A DNA stretch of 64,000 bases from Alphaproteobacteria bacterium (GTDB taxonomy: Bacteria > Pseudomonadota > Alphaproteobacteria > MPNO01 > UBA830). This document shows, piece after piece, positions 29,437-41,266 of this stretch. The stretch is taken from contig OZ251539.1 of NCBI GenBank assembly GCA_965243135.1, forward strand, positions 4,160,001-4,224,000. Direction: 5' to 3'. The translations under genes were made by a program, and so were the position numbers. Position 1 is the stretch's first letter. Each line of letters opens with the position of its first letter. The notes beneath the pieces were generated by a model that had not been told where the DNA came from, made no database searches, and saw only the letters and a list, made by a program, of their open reading frames with translations.

Positions 29437-30241
29437 CTCGCCCCGAACCGGGAGATCTGGAACTGCCCCCGAGACGCCTCCGATGGCAAGATGAAGAAAA
29501 TGCGGGAGAGAACTCGTGGGCAAACTGATCAGGGATACCTCGACGCCTGAGAGGCGCGAGTGGTGGAAATCCGTGCTGGCAGCGGCGGACCGCGCCCGCA
29601 AGATCGACGGACCGGCGGAAGACACGCGCAAGTCTGAGCAGCCCCCCAAGCCCCAGAACTCCGAACCGACCTGAAGGCCTCCCCGCCGGCGACCTCCCCC
29701 GGCCCAGTCTTTCACGAACGGTCTTGCGACCAAACCGTTGGCCGGCGACGGCTACCTCGATCCAGTCGATCGACTCCCGCAGACTCGGCACCGCGGAAAT
29801 TCGTAACCCCTCGTCCTTTTCGCTGACCGACACGGCATTCGGTTTCTCGCGAAGACGCGGCACCGATTTCGTCGCTGCCGGAAGACGCACGGGGACGCCG
29901 GGATTGCGCCTCCTGTTTTCGCCGCTTGCCGTGCGGGCGCAATGACGCGGGCATGACAGGGGCGCGGATACGCTCCCTTTTCGATCACGTTGACGGGCGC
30001 GGATACCTGCGCGCCGTGGAACGCGCTTCCGGGTGCGACCCCGCCAACCGGAAGCGCCGCTTGCCTGCGTCGCGAAAGCGAAGGGTATCCTCGACAGCAT
30101 TCCTTCGACGGAAACGGGAGAGCGGGTCGGTCGCCGGGGAAACCGTCGACGCTGACCACCGATCTGCGAGAACCGCCAGGTGCGCCCGGCTCGCCCCGCT
30201 TATCTCGTCGACGCGCGGCTTCGCCACGCCCGATTTCTTCG

Positions 30242-30994
30242 CTACTTGTTCGCGCCGCCCGACGCTTTGCGTGATGCCTTGCGACGAATGTGGACTGCGT
30301 TGTCAGGCCCCTTCCGGAGTTCGAAGCCGCCGGATTTCGTGACGAGCGTGCTCAGATTGGGACAACCATAGGTTCGCGGGTCGAAATCCGGGGCAGCGCC
30401 CACAATCCGGCTGCCGACGGTTCCCAGATGGGCCCAGCCGTCGGCGTCGCTATCCGCCATCGCCTTGGCGATGATCTTCGCGGCCTTTTTCGGAGCTTCC
30501 TTCTTCGTCGACAGCGCCGCGGCGGCAGCGCCTTCCTTCTCCGGCCCCGCTTCGACAAGATTCTCGACGTAGATGAAGCGATGGCACGCGTTGCGGAACG
30601 CCTCGGGCGTCTTCCGTTCGCCGAAGCCGTACACCGCGAGCCCATCCTCGCGCAGGCGTTGCGCGAGGCGGGTGAAGTCGCTGTCGGAACTGACGAGGCA
30701 AAACCCGTCGAGCTTGCCCTTGTGCATAAGGTCCATGGCATCGATTACAAGCGCAATGTCGGCTGCATTCTTGCCCGTCGTATTGCTGCGTTGCTGATGT
30801 TGGATAATCGCGAGCGATTGGATCTCGCCGTCCCAACCAGCGAGACGGTTGCCCGAGAAGTCGCCGTAGATGCGCCGAACGTTGGCCTCACCGAGTTTGA
30901 CGATTTCCTCGAAAATCGCCTGCGCATAGCGGGCGCTCGTGTTGTCCGCATCGATCAGCACCGCAAGGCTCGACGTTTGCCCCGTCGTAGTCAT
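30242..30994 (-). CDS. NYN domain + OST-HTH/LOTUS protein (LabA/DUF88 family)
   Basis: LAVLIDADN, RRIYGDF, GKNAADIALVIDAMD, VSSDSDFTRLA, PDFDPRTYG. Confidence 0.92.
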   Translation of the reverse strand: MTTTGQTSSLAVLIDADNTSARYAQAIFEEIVKLGEANVRRIYGDFSGNRLAGWDGEIQSLAIIQHQQRSNTTGKNAADIALVIDAMDLMHKGKLDGFCLVSSDSDFTRLAQRLREDGLAVYGFGERKTPEAFRNACHRFIYVENLVEAGPEKEGAAAAALSTKKEAPKKAAKIIAKAMADSDADGWAHLGTVGSRIVGAAPDFDPRTYGCPNLSTLVTKSGGFELRKGPDNAVHIRRKASRKASGGANK

Positions 30995-31254
30995 AAGCAT
31001 GCTCCAGAGTGGATTTGGAACCTTCGGTCGAGGCCGCGTGGGCACCGCACCGCACCTGAGTCCACCGAAAATATTATCCGAGGTCGCGGCGCTTATAATC
31101 CGGCAAAAGCCCTTCCGCGTCCAGGCATCGCCCCGCAGCGCGTCGGCAAGGCCGCCGAGCGCACGCGAGACCCGGCGGCGTCCATTTTCCCGGGCGGGCG
31201 ACCGGCACTTCCGGCGGCCTGCGACCCGCATGGAGCCCGCCGGGCGTTGTCCGC

Positions 31255-31354
31255 GCCGCCCCGGCACCTTGACTCACCGGCCAACTCATCCCCATACTGC
31301 CTTGGCGACAGCGATTGCCGACCGCCTGCATTGCGCTTCGGAGTTGATAGCGGG
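31255..31354 (+). repeat. ~100-bp promoter-carrying repeat, copy 1
   Basis: GCCGCCCCGGCACCTTGACTCACCGGCCAACTCATCCCCATACTG...GCGCTTCGGAGTTGATAGCGGG; TTGACT-18 bp-CATACT. Confidence 0.93.
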
Positions 31355-31457
31355 CCCACAGTCCGAAACACGATCATGCGGTTGGCAGCGCGACCTATGA
31401 ACCGTTCCGCTACATGGTCGGCGGGTTCGCTCTTCGACGTCAATAGGGAGAATGACC

Positions 31458-31874
31458 ATGAAGAAAATCAGCATCATCCTGCTGGCCGCTGCGATCCTCG
31501 CGTCCTGCGACGATGCCGACGTGGCGAAAGGCAACGTCTCGAAGGCGGCCAAGAATTTCGAGATCGCTCGACGGATCGTGTTCATCAACGGCATTACGGA
31601 CAACTACCTGCTCGAAATCCGCGGCCGTTGCGCGATCAATGCCGACGTTCATGACGATCAGCTTGAAGTGACCTGCAAGGTTCCGGACGGATACAAGGTT
31701 CACTTCCTGGGGCTTTCGGACAACGTCACCTATCTGGTCGAACAGATCGACGCGAAAGCCGTCTCGATCAATCATTATCGCGTCACGTTCAAGCCGCAGA
31801 CGATCGTGCCGTCGATAGATCTGCGCGGCGGCGGCGATTACGTCGGACCGACGATCAACAGGGGCAAACAATGA
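31458..31874 (+). CDS. Phage-associated lipoprotein
   Basis: Signal peptide with lipobox MKKISIILLAAAILASC; NFEIARRIVFINGITD..KVHFLGLSDNVTYLVEQ..HYRVTFKPQTIVP resembles a family common in phages. Confidence 0.75.
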   Translation: MKKISIILLAAAILASCDDADVAKGNVSKAAKNFEIARRIVFINGITDNYLLEIRGRCAINADVHDDQLEVTCKVPDGYKVHFLGLSDNVTYLVEQIDAKAVSINHYRVTFKPQTIVPSIDLRGGGDYVGPTINRGKQ

Positions 31875-32032
31875 CCGAGTGGGTTCGCTTCAACCTGCGA
31901 ATCGGCAAGCCGCTTATGGACCGGGCCGCCGCCGCATGCGTCAAGGTTCCGGAGTTCGCAAGGCACGCGCTCAAGGAAGCCTGCGAACGCGCCGAAACGC
32001 ACGCAGCGGAAAAGGAGAACGCCAATGGCTGA
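31871..32032 (+). CDS. Small ribbon-helix-helix-like protein
   Basis: Manual translation MTEWVRFNLRIGKPLMDRAAAACVKVPEFARHALKEACERAE (53 aa); ATGA overlap with lipoprotein gene. Confidence 0.45.
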   Translation: MTEWVRFNLRIGKPLMDRAAAACVKVPEFARHALKEACERAETHAAEKENANG

Positions 32033-32185
32033 CGAATCGCGCTGGATTTGAGCGTGGTCAGGAACCTCGCCGAAAACGGATCGAAGGTGGCGGCCGTGAG
32101 CAACCGGCTGTTTGCGGACAGCAGGGCTTGGTAAGCGGGCGACCTTCCGTACGGGAAATTCATCATTGACGAGGCGAACGCCCCC

Positions 32186-32297
32186 GCCGCCCCGGCGCCT
32201 TGACTCACCGGCCAACCCATCCCCATACTGTCCTTGCACAGCCACACACAGCCACACACACCGACCGCCGGTATTGCGCTTCGGAGTCGATAGCGGG
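32186..32297 (+). repeat. ~100-bp promoter-carrying repeat, copy 2
   Basis: Same sequence as copy 1 with an internal (GCCACACACA)x2 substitution; ends GCGCTTCGGAGTCGATAGCGGG. Confidence 0.93.
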
Positions 32298-32331
32298 AGT
32301 CCTGAGCCTAAACATCGCAGGGAAGACGACC

Positions 32332-32727
32332 ATGCATATTCACCAGGAAGGCATCTACCAATATGTTCGCCAGCAGGGCATCATTCTTCAGGGCCTCGCC
32401 GACGCCTGCCATTCCGACGAGGATCGGCTGCGCGAGGTCGAGGAGCGTCCGAAGGACGTTCTGCGGGAACATGGAATCCATGTGTCGATGGATGTGGACG
32501 TGAACATCGTCCTCAACACCCACGACACCTTCCATTTGGCCATGCCTCCCGACCCGAACCGGACGCTCCGGGACGAGGCGCTGATGGCGGTCGTCGGCGG
32601 CTCGGCCCCAAACACGGCGAGCTCGGCGGCAACCATTGGGAGCTTTCCTTCCACCGCGAGTTCGCTCAGCTCCGTGAGCTCCGCGCGGGTTACTTCGTCT
32701 CCGACCATGGAACCCTATAACCCTTGA
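32332..32727 (+). CDS. NHLP (nitrile hydratase-like leader)/proteusin-type RiPP precursor, Ser/Thr-rich core
   Basis: Leader PKDVLREHGI..VNIVLNTHDTFHLAMPPDPNRTLRDEALMAVVGG; core SAPNTASSAATIGSFPSTASSLSSVSSARVTSSPTMEPYNP. Confidence 0.85.
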   Translation: MHIHQEGIYQYVRQQGIILQGLADACHSDEDRLREVEERPKDVLREHGIHVSMDVDVNIVLNTHDTFHLAMPPDPNRTLRDEALMAVVGGSAPNTASSAATIGSFPSTASSLSSVSSARVTSSPTMEPYNP

Positions 32728-32790
32728 CCGCGAATCCTGCGATGATTGGTCGGCGCGCCGTCGTGCGAATCAGCTTCGGCGGGGGCAATC

Positions 32791-32807
32791 TCGGAGTTGA
32801 TAGCGGG
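32791..32807 (+). repeat. Half copy of palindromic site (TCGGAGTTGATAGCGGG)
   Basis: 17/17 identical to the terminus of repeat copies 1 and 3. Confidence 0.85.
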
Positions 32808-33090
32808 TAGGGTTTGAGTTTGCAGACGGACTTCTTGCCGAAATAGCGCGCGCACCGTTTGTCCGTCGTCGCGCTGAACATCAATGCCCTTCCGCTCGTA
32901 ACCCGGCCCTTCGACCTGGTCCAAAGCGCCTCGCTAGTCTTCTGGAATCCTGAACAGGACGCCGAAAGAGCGTTTGCCGGGAACCTCCCTCAAGGTCGCC
33001 TTTCCCGAACCGTCCTTGCTCGGTTTGCTGAAGTCCAGGGCATAGCCGTCCGCGGAGCGTCGGCCGGGCGTCGAACCGACAAAAAATGGT
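32808..33090 (-). pseudogene. Gamma-glutamylcyclotransferase (GGCT/AIG2-like) remnant
   Basis: GYALDFSKPSKDGSGKATL..GVLFRIPED*RGALDQVEGPGYERKGIDV..KLKPY with stop and frameshift; ends at the repeat half-site. Confidence 0.65.
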
Positions 33091-33337
33091 ACAGCGCAAG
33101 CGGTTCGGTTTTTTGCTCGGTGCGGCCGTTTGGCCGTTTGCCGCAGGGCGGCGGCGGCGTACGGCCGGCCGTGGGGTGGAATCCGCGAAAATCGCGACCT
33201 TGGCGCGGAGAATTCGCAGTTTTCCGCACCCGAGGAAAAAAATTCCGCACCCCGGAAAGCTGCCCGCATTTCAAGACGTTACGAACAGCGCACGCGGCTC
33301 CAATTCGGACTTCCCCGGAACGCTGCGAAAAGGCTGT

Positions 33338-33427
33338 TGGCGGAGAGTGAGGGATTCGAACCCTCGGTACGCGTGCGCGTACAACGGTTTTCGAGACCGC
33401 CCCGTTCGACCGCTCCGGCAACTCTCC
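33338..33427 (-). tRNA. tRNA-Ser(CGA)
   Basis: GGAGAGTTGCCGGAGCGGTCGAACGGGGCGGTCTCGAAAACCG...GGTTCGAATCCCTCACTCTCCGCCA, 90 nt, long variable arm, encoded CCA. Confidence 0.97.
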
Positions 33428-33498
33428 GCCCGAGAGAGTACCTCAGCGCGCCGAACCGCACAACTGGGCCTCGTCGCCCGGAAGAGCGGCACCGGGCG

Positions 33499-33526
33499 TT
33501 GACAATGCCGCCGCGCCTCTTATATT
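33499..33526 (+). promoter_or_regulatory. Putative sigma70 promoter of rplU-rpmA
   Basis: TTGACA-16 bp-TATATT. Confidence 0.6.
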
Positions 33527-33586
33527 CCGCCACCGCATCCGGATGAACGGCCTGCCGGAATGCGGAGATGAGGAGCCGGAACGGAC

Positions 33587-34180
33587 ATGTACGCAGTGGT
33601 CAGGACAGGCGGCAAGCAGTACCGCGTCGCCAAAGACGACGTGATCGTCGTGGAAAAGCTCGATGCCGCTCCCGGCGAGGTGATTGAGCTGGGCAGCGTT
33701 CTCGCGATGAACGACGGAGTTCGGCTGACCCTCGGCGAACCTCTGGTCGACGGCGCAAGCGTGACCGCGACGGTCCTGGAACAGAAAAGAGACGACAAGA
33801 TCGTCGTTTTCAAGAAAAAGCGCCGCAAGAACTATCGCCGGACGCGCGGTCACCGCCAGTCCGTTACCGTTCTTCGCATCGGGGAAATCCGTGCGGAATC
33901 CGGAATCCCGGCTCCTGAAATCGCGGCCCCGGCGGAAGAGGATCCCGTCGCGGAGCCGGAACGTCCGGAGGCCGCGGCCGAGGTAGAAGAAAATCCCGTC
34001 GCGGAGCCGGAACGTCCGGAGGCCGCGGCCGAGGTAGAAGAAAATCCCGTCGCGGAGCCGGAACGTCCGGAGGCCGCGGCCGAGGTAGAAGAAAATCCCG
34101 CAGCGGAACCGGAACGTCCGGAGGCCGCGAACGAAACGGATGACGGCGGAGAGGCTTCCGCCGTCCGCCAGGGAGACTGA
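33587..34180 (+). CDS. rplU: 50S ribosomal protein L21 with acidic repetitive C-terminal extension
   Basis: MYAVVRTGGKQYRV, VFKKKRRKNYRRTRGHRQ. Confidence 0.96.
   Translation: MYAVVRTGGKQYRVAKDDVIVVEKLDAAPGEVIELGSVLAMNDGVRLTLGEPLVDGASVTATVLEQKRDDKIVVFKKKRRKNYRRTRGHRQSVTVLRIGEIRAESGIPAPEIAAPAEEDPVAEPERPEAAAEVEENPVAEPERPEAAAEVEENPVAEPERPEAAAEVEENPAAEPERPEAANETDDGGEASAVRQGD
33942..34129 (+). repeat. 51-bp tandem repeat x~3.7 (NPVAEPERPEAAAEVEE)
   Basis: Units start 33942, 33993, 34044, 34095. Confidence 0.95.
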
Positions 34181-34183
34181 AGC

Positions 34184-34441
34184 ATGGCTCACAAGAAGGC
34201 GGGCGGCAGTTCCCGCAACGGCAGGGATTCCGCCGGACGGCGCCTCGGCGTCAAGAAATTCGGCGGCGAAGCCGTTCTCCCCGGCAACATCATCGTCCGG
34301 CAGCGCGGCACCAAATGGCATCCCGGCGACAACGTCGGCATCGGCAGGGACCATACGATCTTCGCCAGAACCGAAGGCCGGGTGGCGTTCCGCCGCCGGA
34401 CCGGAGGCCGGGTGTACGTTTCGGTCGAACCGGCCGGCTGA
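34184..34441 (+). CDS. rpmA: 50S ribosomal protein L27
   Basis: [16 protein letters not shown]. Confidence 0.98.
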   Translation: MAHKKAGGSSRNGRDSAGRRLGVKKFGGEAVLPGNIIVRQRGTKWHPGDNVGIGRDHTIFARTEGRVAFRRRTGGRVYVSVEPAG

Positions 34442-36641
<2,200 letters not shown>

Positions 36642-36645
<4 letters not shown>

Positions 36646-37901
36646 GCGGAGACGACCTGGCTGCCGCCATGGAGCGGCTCGGACGCGCGGCCCGCGGGGC
36701 GGCCGGAGAACTCGGCCGGGCGCCCTCCGACCGGAAGAACGCCGCCTTGCGCGGCGCGGCGGCGGCTTTGCGAACGCGCAAGGACGATCTGCTCGCCGCC
36801 AACGAAAAGGATCTGGCGGCGGCGGAGGGCGTCTCGCCGGCGCTGCGCGACCGGCTCCGCCTCGACGAAGGGCGGATCGAAGCCATGGCCAAAGGCCTGG
36901 AGGAAATCTCGCGGCTCGACGATCCCGTGGGCGACGTCATGGCGTCCTGGAATCGGCCCAACGGCCTCGCGATCTCCCGGGTCCGGGTTCCGCTCGGCGT
37001 CATCGGACTCATCTACGAATCGCGCCCGAACGTCACCGCCGACGCGGGCGGGTTGTGCCTCAAGTCGGGAAACGCGGCGATATTGCGCGGCGGCTCCGAA
37101 AGCGGCCATTCGTCGCGGGCCATCTTCGAATGCCTGCAGGCGGGGCTGGCGGAAGCGGAACTTCCCGCGGGCGCGATCCAGATCGTGCCGACCGCGGACC
37201 GCGCGGCGGTCGGCCATCTGCTCGCCATGACCGACTACGTGGACATAATCGTGCCGCGCGGCGGAAAATCGCTCATCGAGCGCGTGCAGCGGGAGAGCCG
37301 CATTCCGGTGATCGCCCATCTGGAGGGCCTTTGCCATGTCTACGTCGACGGCGCGGCCGATCCGGAAATGGCGCGCAGGATCGTCTTCAACGCGAAGATG
37401 CGCCGCACGGGGATCTGCGGCGCGACGGAAACCCTTCTGGTGGATCGCGCGATCGCAAGCGAGGCGTTGCCGTCCATCATCGAAGATCTCGCCGATGCCG
37501 GATGCGAACTGCGCGGCGACGAAGCCACGCGGACGCTCGACCGGCGCGTGGGAAAGGCCGCCCCGGAGGACTGGCGGACCGAGTACCTCGACGCCATCCT
37601 GTCGATTCGGCAGGTCGAGGGGCTCGACGCCGCGATCGATCACATCAACGCCTACGGCTCTCATCACACGGACGCGATCGTGACCGCCGACGCCTCCCGG
37701 GCTCAGGCGTTTTTCGAGCGGGTCGATTCCGCGATCGTCCTGCACAACGCGTCCACCCAGTTCGCGGACGGCGGCGAGTTCGGCATGGGGGCGGAAATCG
37801 GCATCTCCACCGGCCGGCTGCATGCGCGAGGTCCGGTCGGCGTCGAGCAGTTGACCACCTTCAAATACGTCGTTCGCGGCGCGGGACAGGTTCGGCCCTG
37901 A
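36642..37901 (+). CDS. proA: Glutamate-5-semialdehyde dehydrogenase
   Basis: [39 protein letters not shown]. Confidence 0.97.
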
Positions 37902-38530
37902 CCGTCCTCGCGAAGAGCCGCCGAGGCCACGCGGCGACCGGGCTTCGCATCGGCATTTTGGGCGGTTCGTTCAACCCCGCCCACGATGGCCATATGCATA
38001 TCAGCCTGCTGGCGCTGAAGCTGCTTCGCCTCGACGAGGTGTGGTGGATGGTCTCGCCCCAGAACCCGCTGAAGCCGTCGCTGGGAATGGCGTCGTTCGA
38101 CGAACGGATGGCGGGCGCGACCGCGCTGGCCCGTCATCCCTGCATCCGGGTGACGGACATCGAACGCCGCTTCGGAACGACCTACACCGCCGACACCCTG
38201 GTCATTCTCAAACGGTGCTTCCCCAAGACCAGCTTCGTCTGGATCATGGGCGCCGACAATCTCGCGCAGATCTCGAAATGGCAAAACTGGACGCGCGTAT
38301 TCAATCTTCTGCCCATTGCGGTTTTCGACAGGGCTCCCTATTCTTTCGGAGCGCTCGCGGGGAAGGCGGCGAAGGCGTTCTTCCGGTTCAAGAAGAAGCG
38401 GAACGACGCCTGCAGCATCGCCGACATGAAGCCGCCGGCCTGGATGTTCTTCCACACGAGGCTGCATCCCGGGTCGGCGACGGAAATCCGCTCACGCAGA
38501 CGGGCGCGAAACGGGAAGCACGCGAACTGA
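37898..38530 (+). CDS. nadD: Nicotinate-nucleotide adenylyltransferase
   Basis: [35 protein letters not shown]; start uncertain (CTG). Confidence 0.92.
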   Translation: MTVLAKSRRGHAATGLRIGILGGSFNPAHDGHMHISLLALKLLRLDEVWWMVSPQNPLKPSLGMASFDERMAGATALARHPCIRVTDIERRFGTTYTADTLVILKRCFPKTSFVWIMGADNLAQISKWQNWTRVFNLLPIAVFDRAPYSFGALAGKAAKAFFRFKKKRNDACSIADMKPPAWMFFHTRLHPGSATEIRSRRRARNGKHAN

Positions 38531-38904
38531 ACAAGCTAGCGAACGACGGCGGAACGGCGGAAGCCCTGCTCGCCGGGATCAGCGAAACCCTTGAAGCGCA
38601 CAAGGCTCAGGACGTGGTGGTCATCGACCTCTCCGGAAAATCGGACATCGCCGACTACATGGTCGTCGCCAGCGGCGGATCCCGCCGCCAGGTCACGACG
38701 ATGGCGGAAAAGCTCGCCGAAACCGTGAAGGCGCACGGCGTCTCGGGCATGCGGCCCGAAGGGCTCGCGCAGGCCGACTGGGTGCTGCTCGACGCCGGCG
38801 ACGTCATCGTCCATCTGTTCCGTCCGGAGGTCCGCGCCTTCTACAACCTGGAAAAGATGTGGAGTGCCGAATTGCCGGGCGACCGGGATTCGGCGACCGC
38901 CTGA
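38527..38904 (+). CDS. rsfS: Ribosome silencing factor
   Basis: KAQDVVVIDL, ADYMVVASG, WVLLDAGDVIVHLF, FYNLEKMW; start uncertain (CTG). Confidence 0.93.
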   Translation: MNKLANDGGTAEALLAGISETLEAHKAQDVVVIDLSGKSDIADYMVVASGGSRRQVTTMAEKLAETVKAHGVSGMRPEGLAQADWVLLDAGDVIVHLFRPEVRAFYNLEKMWSAELPGDRDSATA

Positions 38905-38906
38905 CC

Positions 38907-39392
38907 GTGGACATCGCCATCTGCGCGGTGGGCCGCCTCGGACCGGGGCCCGAGCGGGAGCTGATCGAACGGTTCTCGAAACGGCTTCGCTGGAATTTCG
39001 AAATCCGCGAGGTGGCCGAGCGCCGGAAACTGCCGCCCCCGGCGCTTCGGGAACGGGAATGCGAACTTCTCCGGGCGGCTTGTCCGCCGGGATCCCTGCG
39101 CGTCGCGCTCGATCGAACGGGAAGCGATCTCGACAGCGAGGGACTGGCGGCGCGGCTGGAAGCGTGGCGCGACGCCGGGCGCGGAGTCGCCTTCGTCATC
39201 GGCGGCGCGGAAGGGCTGACGGCGAGCCTCCGGGAGAGCGCGGACTTCGTGCTCGGCTTCGGGACGGCCACCTGGCCGCACATGCTGGTCCGGGTCATGC
39301 TGACGGAGCAGCTCTACCGGGCTCAGGAAATCCTCGCCGGCAACCCCTATCACCGGGGTTCGCGGCGCAACGAACGAAAGGCGGCGGCATGA
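38907..39392 (+). CDS. rlmH: 23S rRNA pseudouridine-1915 N3-methyltransferase
   Basis: ICAVGR, FVIGGAEG, TWPHMLVRVMLTEQLYRA, PYHR. Confidence 0.94.
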   Translation: MDIAICAVGRLGPGPERELIERFSKRLRWNFEIREVAERRKLPPPALRERECELLRAACPPGSLRVALDRTGSDLDSEGLAARLEAWRDAGRGVAFVIGGAEGLTASLRESADFVLGFGTATWPHMLVRVMLTEQLYRAQEILAGNPYHRGSRRNERKAAA

Positions 39393-40951
39393 CCGGCGAA
39401 CGACCGCGACATCCGGTCGTGCTCTGCGTGCTGGACGGATGGGGGCACCGGGAAGACCGGACGGACAACGCGATCGTCCAAGCCAACGCACCGGATTTCT
39501 GGGAGTTGCGTGAAACCTGCCCGCAGGCGCTGATCGAGGCGTCCGGCGTTGACGTCGGGCTTCCGGCGGGCCAGATGGGCAACTCGGAAGTGGGACACCT
39601 CAACCTCGGCGCGGGCCGCGTCGTGGACCAGGACATTCGCCGGATAGACGAGGCGATCGAGACCGGCGCCCTGGCCGCGAAGCTCGACGAATTCGCGGCG
39701 TCCCTCTCGGCGTCGAAGGGCGTTTGCCACCTGGCCGGGCTGCTGTCTCCCGGCGGCGTGCATTCCCATCAGGACCACATGGCGGAGATCGCCCGGATAC
39801 TCGACGAGCGGGGCGTGCAGGTTGCGGTGCACGGCTTTCTCGACGGCCGCGATTCTCCGCCCTTGAGCGCCGTCGAATTCGTTCGGACGTTCGAAAGGCG
39901 CATCGCGGGCGGGCGGGCGCGGATCGCCACGCTGTGCGGCCGGTTCTACGCGATGGACCGGGACCGGCGCTGGGACCGGGTCGCGCGCGCATACGACTTG
40001 CTGGTTTCCGGGGCGGGAGACCGGGCTTCCGGCGCGGTCGCCGCAATTCGCGAAAGCTATGCCCGCGACGTTACCGACGAGTTCATGCTCCCGGCCGTCG
40101 TTGGCGACTACGCGGGAATGCGCGACGGCGACGGGCTGTTGATGGCGAACTTCAGGGCCGACCGGGCGCGCGAGATCCTCGGGGCGCTGCTCGACCCCGG
40201 GTTCGACGGATTCGAGCGCAAGCGGACCGCGAAGTTCGCCGCGGCGCTGGGACTGACCGGATATTCCGCCGCGCTCGACGCGCTGATGGGATCGATGTTT
40301 CCGCCGCTGCCGCTGGACAACATTCTCGGAGGCGTCATCTCGAAAGCGGGCCTGCGGCAGCTGCGCATCGCCGAAACCGAGAAGTACGCCCACGTCACCT
40401 TCTTCTTCAACGGCGGCGAAGAGGCGCCGTTCGCGGGAGAGGACCGGGCGCTGATCCCGTCGCCCCGCGTCGCCACGTACGACCAGCGTCCGGAAATGTC
40501 GGCCTTCGAAGTGACCGACCGGCTGGTCGCGGAGATCGCGTCCGACCGCTACGGCTTCGTGCTCGTGAACTACGCCAATCCTGACATGGTGGGGCACACG
40601 GGAATGCTGGAGCCGGCCGCCGCCGCGATACGCGCCGTCGACGCCTGCCTCGGGCGCGTCGCCGAGGCGGTGCGCCGGGCGGGCGGCGTTTTGTTGATCA
40701 CTGCGGACCACGGGAACGCGGAATCGATGCGGGACGCCGAGACCGGCGCGCCGCATACGTCCCATACGCTCAACAAGGTCCCGGCGGTTCTCGTTAACGC
40801 GCCGGAAGGCTTGGCGCTGCGGGACGGCCGGCTCGCCGACGTCGCGCCGACGGTGCTCGATTTGATGGGAATCGAGGCGCCCGCCGAAATGACCGGCGTC
40901 TCGCTTCTGGCGCCGGACGCGGCTGCTTCGGCGGCGCGAAACACGGCCTGA
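39389..40951 (+). CDS. gpmI: 2,3-BPG-independent phosphoglycerate mutase
   Basis: LDGWG, GQMGNSEVGH, GRFYAMDRD, ETEKYAHVTFF, NPDMVGHTG, TADHGN. Confidence 0.97.
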   Translation: MTGERPRHPVVLCVLDGWGHREDRTDNAIVQANAPDFWELRETCPQALIEASGVDVGLPAGQMGNSEVGHLNLGAGRVVDQDIRRIDEAIETGALAAKLDEFAASLSASKGVCHLAGLLSPGGVHSHQDHMAEIARILDERGVQVAVHGFLDGRDSPPLSAVEFVRTFERRIAGGRARIATLCGRFYAMDRDRRWDRVARAYDLLVSGAGDRASGAVAAIRESYARDVTDEFMLPAVVGDYAGMRDGDGLLMANFRADRAREILGALLDPGFDGFERKRTAKFAAALGLTGYSAALDALMGSMFPPLPLDNILGGVISKAGLRQLRIAETEKYAHVTFFFNGGEEAPFAGEDRALIPSPRVATYDQRPEMSAFEVTDRLVAEIASDRYGFVLVNYANPDMVGHTGMLEPAAAAIRAVDACLGRVAEAVRRAGGVLLITADHGNAESMRDAETGAPHTSHTLNKVPAVLVNAPEGLALRDGRLADVAPTVLDLMGIEAPAEMTGVSLLAPDAAASAARNTA

Positions 40952-41266
40952 AGATCGCACGTTGCAGGGCGCCGCCGCGAAGCGAGCCGGGCGACGCCCG
41001 GCCGACGGCGCAGGGAAGGAGCCCGGCGAAGGATCCTCCGCCCGAAGCCTTCGGAAGAAAGCGCCGGCTCCGTCGACCGTCTCTTCCCGGCTCGCGCTGT
41101 CCGTCCCTGCCGCTTCCGATTTTCCGCGGAACGGGATAGACTTCGCCGTGCGGCCGGCCGCGCCGGGTTTTCGCAGCGGCGCGGCCCTCGACGGACGCGC
41201 AGGATTGGCGCGCGGGACCGGGAGAGATCCCGCGCCGCCCGACATGGCATGCGAGGTAAGCAAGCA

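Noticed and set aside
31255-32807. Repeat copies as a CRISPR array
   Set aside because: Units are ~100 bp and separated by 0.5-0.8 kb of genes; no cas genes in the window.
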